From Rickettsiales bacterium (GTDB lineage: Bacteria; Pseudomonadota; Alphaproteobacteria; Rickettsiales; JABSSG01), in contig JABSSG010000014.1 in NCBI GenBank assembly GCA_013214525.1, forward strand, positions 169,503 through 233,502: a DNA stretch of 64,000 bases, written 5' to 3'. Below are positions 58,888 to 64,000 of the stretch, piece by piece. Each line of letters begins with the position of its first letter. The stretch's first letter is position 1. A program made the position numbers and the translations under genes. The notes beneath the pieces are model-generated. The model searched no databases and was not told the DNA's origin. It was given only the letters and a program-made list of their open reading frames with translations.

Positions 58888-59480
58888 AAATTTTGCCTAG
58901 AATTAAAAGCTGTGCTAAGAGTTACTTCATCTAAATATTTAAGTTCTCCGCCGATTGGTATGCCATGGGCAAATCTTGTAATACGAATTGAAGAATAGGA
59001 ACGTAATCTTTCAGTAATAGAGAAAGCTGTGGTTTGACCATCAAGAGTTGCATTTGTGGCAATAATAATTTCTTTAATGTCTTGTTTTTCAATTCTTTCA
59101 ATAAGAGAATTAATATTAACAGGGTGAGTATTTTTAGCATGAGGTGAGGTGAATGTGCTATTTAAAATGTGATAAAGTCCCTTATAGAAATTCGCTTCTT
59201 CAATTGTCCAAAGATCAATTATTGATTCCACGACACATATAACTTTATGGTCTCTTTTGGGATCAGAACAGATACTACATTTATCTAATTCATCGATATT
59301 TTTACAAATACTGCACTCTTTTAATAGATTACTTGCATTGGTTAACGCATGGATTAATTGTCCAAGTAATAATTCTTTGTTCTGAATGAGATGTAATACT
59401 ATTCTTTTTGCCGTTCTTTCACCTAAACCAGGAAATTTTGAAAATAAATGTATTAATCTTCCAAGAGTTTTATTATTCAT
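58884..59480 (-). CDS. recR: Recombination protein RecR
   Basis: PGLGERTAKR, C4 zinc finger, ICVVE, IATNATLDGQTTA, GIPIGGEL.YLD. Confidence 0.95.
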   Translation of the reverse strand: MNNKTLGRLIHLFSKFPGLGERTAKRIVLHLIQNKELLLGQLIHALTNASNLLKECSICKNIDELDKCSICSDPKRDHKVICVVESIIDLWTIEEANFYKGLYHILNSTFTSPHAKNTHPVNINSLIERIEKQDIKEIIIATNATLDGQTTAFSITERLRSYSSIRITRFAHGIPIGGELKYLDEVTLSTAFNSRQNF

Positions 59481-59485
59481 ATTGC

Positions 59486-59809
59486 TTAAAATGGCATTTT
59501 AAACCCCGGAGGTAATTGAAACCCTCCCATCATTTTAGACATATTTCCTTGAGAATCTTCTTCTTTCTTTGTAAGAGCATCGTTGTGAGCTGCAACTATT
59601 AAGTCTTCTAGTGTATCGGCTTCATCTTTGTTTAATAATGAAGGGTCTATGTTTATGTTTTTCATTTTCCCATCACCTTTGATTATTATTTTTACCATGC
59701 CACCACCTGCAGACCCTTCATATTCTTTATTAGCCATTTCTGCTTGCATTTCTGCAAATTTGCTTTGCATTGCTTGGGCTTGTTTCATAAATTGATTCAT
59801 ATCTACCAT
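59486..59809 (-). CDS. ybaB: YbaB/EbfC nucleoid-associated protein
   Basis: MKQAQAMQ, GSAGGGMV, LEDLIVAAHNDA, PPGFKMPF. Confidence 0.96.
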   Translation of the reverse strand: MVDMNQFMKQAQAMQSKFAEMQAEMANKEYEGSAGGGMVKIIIKGDGKMKNINIDPSLLNKDEADTLEDLIVAAHNDALTKKEEDSQGNMSKMMGGFQLPPGFKMPF

Positions 59810-59831
59810 ATTATTACCTGTGTTTTGTGTA

Positions 59832-61415
59832 CTAATTAATATCTACTATACTTTTTATCTTAGCACTAGGAAAAGATTCTAGTATATCCTTGACTATTGT
59901 ATTCTCCTTCTTAATTTTTTCTTCTTGCTGTGCTCGCAAAGTTTTATGAGGGAAAATTTCTGATTTAGAAATGATCATTTGCCATTTTTGATTAGTCCAT
60001 TGTTCAAGTTTTTCACTAATTTGTTTTGAGAAGTTACTTGGTAAAGATTTACCGATTACTATTTCTATTTTACCTATAGTAAAATTAGTAATATTCGTTT
60101 CTTCCATTAATTGATGATATAAAACGATTTCTTGATTTTTGCGGAACAACTCAACTATGTCTTCAAAACTTGAGAATCTTATGCTGTTTTTTTCTAAATT
60201 AGGGGAAGATGTATTTTGAGTAGGTTGATTGCTATAGGATTTAGATATTGTAGGATTTTGTAGATTTTTATATGATTGTGAAATAATGCTTTCAAGTGAA
60301 GGAAGCCTTGATAGGTAACATAATTTGAGCATTATCATCTCAATTGTTTGCAGTATATTCGTTGCATTTTTCAGTTGCTCTGTAGCTTTGAAAATCATTT
60401 GCCAAATAGTTGTAAGATTTATAAGATCTGTTTTCTTAGACATTTCTTTTAAAATTATTTTTTCAGAGTTGAGCAAATCAAGATCTTCAAGATAGTTTTT
60501 AATAGTGAGTGTTTTACTTAGAGTATTTGTAATCCATAAAATTTGCTCTAAAATTTCTGGTAAATCTCTTCCTTTATAATAAATATCATTAATGATATCT
60601 AAAGCTTCTTTAAAGTTTCCATTCAGTATCGCTTCAAATAATACATATTTGTGATTTGTATCAGATATGCCTAGCACTTTATGGACTAATTTTTCATCTA
60701 TGATTATTTCTTGGTTATTCTTATAGATATGAATAGTTTCAAAAAGAGAAATGCTATCTCGTAGAGATCCTTCACTATGTTTAGCGATTTCTTTTAAACC
60801 AGCTGTTGTATATTTAATATTTTCTTTATCGGAAATATATTTTAAATGATTTATGATTTCTTCTGAGCTGAATCTATGAAGATCAAATTTTTGACAACGT
60901 GATATGATTGTAAGTGGAATTTTTCTAAATTCTGTTGTTGCAAAAATAAAAATTACATTAGCTGGTGGTTCTTCAAGAATTTTTAAAAGAGCATTAAAGG
61001 CATTATTAGATAGCATATGGACTTCATCTATTATGTAGATTTTATATTTACCTAAAGCAGGTACATAACGAGAGCTATCTATAATTTCTCGTATATCATT
61101 TACTCCAGTTTTGCTTGCAGCATCTAATTCTATAACATCTGGGTGAGTATCATTTTGAATAGCTAAACAGCTTTTACATTTTTCGCATGGTATAGCGTTC
61201 TGTTCATCCGTTTGTAGCTCAGAGCAATTTAAAGTTTTTGCTATAATACGTGCTGAGGTAGTTTTGCCAATACCACGAATTCCGGTAAGTAGATAAGCAT
61301 GATGTGGATTATGATTTTTGATTGCATTAGTAACAGTTTGTACTAAAACTTTTTGCCCTTTTAATTCTGAAAAATTTTTGGGACGATATTTATTTGCCAA
61401 AGATACGTGGTTCAT
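59832..61415 (-). CDS. dnaX: DNA polymerase III subunit gamma/tau
   Basis: KYRP..F, GIRGIGKTT, IDEVHMLS, SRCQ. Confidence 0.97.
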   Translation of the reverse strand: MNHVSLANKYRPKNFSELKGQKVLVQTVTNAIKNHNPHHAYLLTGIRGIGKTTSARIIAKTLNCSELQTDEQNAIPCEKCKSCLAIQNDTHPDVIELDAASKTGVNDIREIIDSSRYVPALGKYKIYIIDEVHMLSNNAFNALLKILEEPPANVIFIFATTEFRKIPLTIISRCQKFDLHRFSSEEIINHLKYISDKENIKYTTAGLKEIAKHSEGSLRDSISLFETIHIYKNNQEIIIDEKLVHKVLGISDTNHKYVLFEAILNGNFKEALDIINDIYYKGRDLPEILEQILWITNTLSKTLTIKNYLEDLDLLNSEKIILKEMSKKTDLINLTTIWQMIFKATEQLKNATNILQTIEMIMLKLCYLSRLPSLESIISQSYKNLQNPTISKSYSNQPTQNTSSPNLEKNSIRFSSFEDIVELFRKNQEIVLYHQLMEETNITNFTIGKIEIVIGKSLPSNFSKQISEKLEQWTNQKWQMIISKSEIFPHKTLRAQQEEKIKKENTIVKDILESFPSAKIKSIVDIN

Positions 61416-61419
61416 TTTT

Positions 61420-64000
61420 TTAATCCATAGCTGAGGTTTTAAGTTTATATAAAATATTCAATGCTTCTTTTGGTGAAGTATTATCAATGTTTAGATTATT
61501 TAATTCATCTTTAATTTTCAATAAAGATGATGGGATTATATTGGTAGTGGTAGAAGTAGTTGTAGGAATTTCTTTTTTATTTTGTTTATATAGAGTTGCT
61601 AAAATTTCTTGTGCACGTTGAATAACATCTTGTGGCAATCCCGCTATTTTAGCTACGTTGAGACCATATGATTTACTAGCAACACCTCGAATCAGTTTAC
61701 GCATAAATATTACTTTATTTTGCCATTCTTTGGTGCTTACTGTGTAGCATTTTAAATTATTAAGTTTTGCAGATAACTCAACTAATTCATGATAATGAGT
61801 AGAAAAAAGAGTTCTCGTTTTTTTATTATTATGAATATATTCAAGACAACTCCAAGCAATTGCAATACCATCATAAGTGGAAGTGCCTCGTCCAACTTCA
61901 TCTAAAATAATAAGGGACTGTTCTGTTGCTTGATTTAAAATTGTTGCAGTTTCAATCATTTCTACTAAAAATGTAGAGCGACCTTTTGCTAAATCATCTT
62001 CCGCTCCTATTCTAGTAAATATGCGGTCTACTAAACCAATTCTGGCTGTTTTTGCTGGCACATATGAACCAATATGTGCAAGTAATGTAATCAATGCATT
62101 CTGACGAAGAAAAGTACTTTTACCAGACATATTAGGGCCTGTTATAAGCCAAGCTAATTGTCCTTCTTTTAATTCACAGTCATTAGCAATAAAATTTTCA
62201 CCTGATTCTTTTGATAAGGCATGTTCAACAACTGGGTGTCTACCATCTTTGATTTCAATTTCATGATTTGTTTCTATGATAGGGCGACAGTAATTTTGCT
62301 CTAAACTGAGTTTTGCAAAAGAATTTATAACATCTATAAATGCAATTACATTAGCAACTTCAATTAATGACTTGCGATTATCTATAATAGTTTTACTGAT
62401 ATTTAGAAAGATTTTATTTGTAAGATCTTCAATTTGTGCTTTAACATTTAAGATTTTCTCTTCTACTTCCTTTAGCTTTGTGGTTACGTATCTAACGCCG
62501 TTTACCATAGTTTGCCTATGGATAAATTCTTCTGATTTAATTTTATTTAGATTTGATTTTGTAACTTCTAAATAATATCCAAGCATATTATTGAATTCTA
62601 ATTTTAAATTCTGGATGCCAGTTTTACCTTTGTATTCTTCTTTTAATTGTGCAAGAATTTCTTTTGAATTATCTCTAAAATTATAAAGTTCTGTTAGCTC
62701 TGTACTATATTCTCTGATGATTAAATCCCCTTGATTCATATAGATTTCGTGATTAACTAAACTACTATTTAGTAATGTCAAAATTTTTTGTCCTTTTACT
62801 AGTTTAATTGGCAAATTTTTCAGAATCTTATTTTCACAATTTGTGAAGATTTTTGCTAAATTATCAGCTATTTCAAGTGCTTGCCTAATTTGATATAAAT
62901 CACGAGGATTTCCTCTATTAAGTGCTAACCTAGCAATGGAACGTTCAAAATCTGGCATAGATTGCAACTGTTCTGTAACTTCTTCAGTTAAAGATTTATT
63001 TTGAATAAATTGCTCCACGAAATTAAGTCGTGCATTAATTGTAGAAATATTTTTTGAGGGAAAGGATAAAAACTTTTTTAATAATCTTCCTCCTGCATTT
63101 GTTTGAGTTTTATCTATTATTTGAAATAGTGAACGACCATGTTCTCCAATTGAATTAAATATTTCTAAATTTCTTATAGTATTTCTATCAATTACAACAT
63201 AGTCAGAACATTTAATTACTTTAGGGAATTTTAAAGTTATTTTTTCTTTCTTTTGCGTAATACATAAATAATCGATTAATGAACAAGCACTTGAGAGTTG
63301 TGAGTTAGAAAACTCTCCTAAGCTTTCAATTGAATGCAGAGAAAAATTGTCTTTTATTCTTCTTGTACATTTTTGAATATTGAAAAAATGCATTGGGAAA
63401 GTAACGGTTTTAGATTTGAAATCTACTAGTGCTTGCTTGATTTCTTTTTTTATTATCAGATCATCAGCTATTAATAATTCTGAAGGATTGATTCTAGCTA
63501 AATCTGCAGCTAAATTATTTAAACTAGATGGTAATATAAAAAAATCCATTGTAGAAAGCTCTGTATATGCAAGTGCTACATCTTCTTTATTTACTACAAT
63601 AGAAGCAAGATAATTAGCAAGTTTTCCCTCTAATAGATTATCTTCAGTTAAAGTGCCTTGAGTAATGACTCTCGTGACATCTCTTTTTACTATTGCATTA
63701 TAGCCTCTTTTTTTAGCTTCTGCTGGAGACTCAAGTTGATCACAAATAGCAATCTTGTAACCATGTTTGATTAATTTTTGAATATAAGAATCAACACTGT
63801 GATGTGGTACGCCACACATTGGAATGTCTTGTCCTTCGCTTTTCCCACGTTTAGTTAAAGTTACTTCAAGAATTGGAGCAGCTTTTATAGCATCCTCATA
63901 AAATAATTCAAAAAAATCTCCCATTCGGAAGAGTAATAAGCAGTCTTTATATTTTTCTTTATTCTCCAAATATTGTTTTATCATTGGAGTAACAGAGTTT
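61420..64000 (-). CDS. mutS: DNA mismatch repair protein MutS (start probably just outside the window)
   Basis: TPMIKQY, FRMGDFFELF, TGPNMSGKST, STFLVEM, DEVGRGTS. The frame stays open to the window edge. Confidence 0.97.
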   Translation of the reverse strand, partial: NSVTPMIKQYLENKEKYKDCLLLFRMGDFFELFYEDAIKAAPILEVTLTKRGKSEGQDIPMCGVPHHSVDSYIQKLIKHGYKIAICDQLESPAEAKKRGYNAIVKRDVTRVITQGTLTEDNLLEGKLANYLASIVVNKEDVALAYTELSTMDFFILPSSLNNLAADLARINPSELLIADDLIIKKEIKQALVDFKSKTVTFPMHFFNIQKCTRRIKDNFSLHSIESLGEFSNSQLSSACSLIDYLCITQKKEKITLKFPKVIKCSDYVVIDRNTIRNLEIFNSIGEHGRSLFQIIDKTQTNAGGRLLKKFLSFPSKNISTINARLNFVEQFIQNKSLTEEVTEQLQSMPDFERSIARLALNRGNPRDLYQIRQALEIADNLAKIFTNCENKILKNLPIKLVKGQKILTLLNSSLVNHEIYMNQGDLIIREYSTELTELYNFRDNSKEILAQLKEEYKGKTGIQNLKLEFNNMLGYYLEVTKSNLNKIKSEEFIHRQTMVNGVRYVTTKLKEVEEKILNVKAQIEDLTNKIFLNISKTIIDNRKSLIEVANVIAFIDVINSFAKLSLEQNYCRPIIETNHEIEIKDGRHPVVEHALSKESGENFIANDCELKEGQLAWLITGPNMSGKSTFLRQNALITLLAHIGSYVPAKTARIGLVDRIFTRIGAEDDLAKGRSTFLVEMIETATILNQATEQSLIILDEVGRGTSTYDGIAIAWSCLEYIHNNKKTRTLFSTHYHELVELSAKLNNLKCYTVSTKEWQNKVIFMRKLIRGVASKSYGLNVAKIAGLPQDVIQRAQEILATLYKQNKKEIPTTTSTTTNIIPSSLLKIKDELNNLNIDNTSPKEALNILYKLKTSAMD

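Noticed and set aside
5286-63613. Many short ORFs (60-130 aa) in the ORF track that overlap longer genes, e.g. 6095-6370, 11586-11915, 16111-16428, 36580-36831, 50282-50671, 54426-54647, 55453-55674
   Set aside because: They are antisense or alternate-frame shadows of well-supported genes with no motifs. The near-identical 54426/55453 pair only reflects the GT duplication.

Overview
AT-rich chromosome segment of a host-associated alphaproteobacterium. It is Rickettsiales-like: it has an NTT/Tlc nucleotide translocase, lipid A genes, MipZ, DUF3576-leuS-lptE-holA and an Mrp antiporter; the exact family cannot be called from sequence alone. Core genes are uppS-cdsA-rseP-bamA-skp-lpxD-fabZ-lpxA-lpxI, gmk, yccA, asd, folE, mipZ, mrp, grpE, leuS, hslUV, rplM-rpsI, recR-ybaB-dnaX-mutS and three tRNAs (fMet, Gln, Val). 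Unusual content: (1) a mevalonate cluster (idi, HMGR, HMGS, MVK, fused PMK-MVD) placed directly upstream of uppS, while the usual dxr slot between cdsA and rseP holds an orphan repeat protein; (2) families of small intergenic MITE-like elements whose outer inverted repeats differ between copies yet stay complementary within a copy; (3) a near full-length class III RNR lacking the glycyl-radical Gly; (4) a mosaic ABAB array of four secreted histidine acid phosphatases plus a fifth copy, and two secreted GT32-like glycosyltransferases at tRNA-Val; (5) orphan or paralogous effector-like proteins sharing a C-terminal L-x-G-[DE] motif; (6) poly-A frameshifts in leuS and in an LpxE-like PAP2 gene. 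No CRISPR array, rRNA, transposase or integrase was seen. All calls come from reading motifs by eye; no database search was run.
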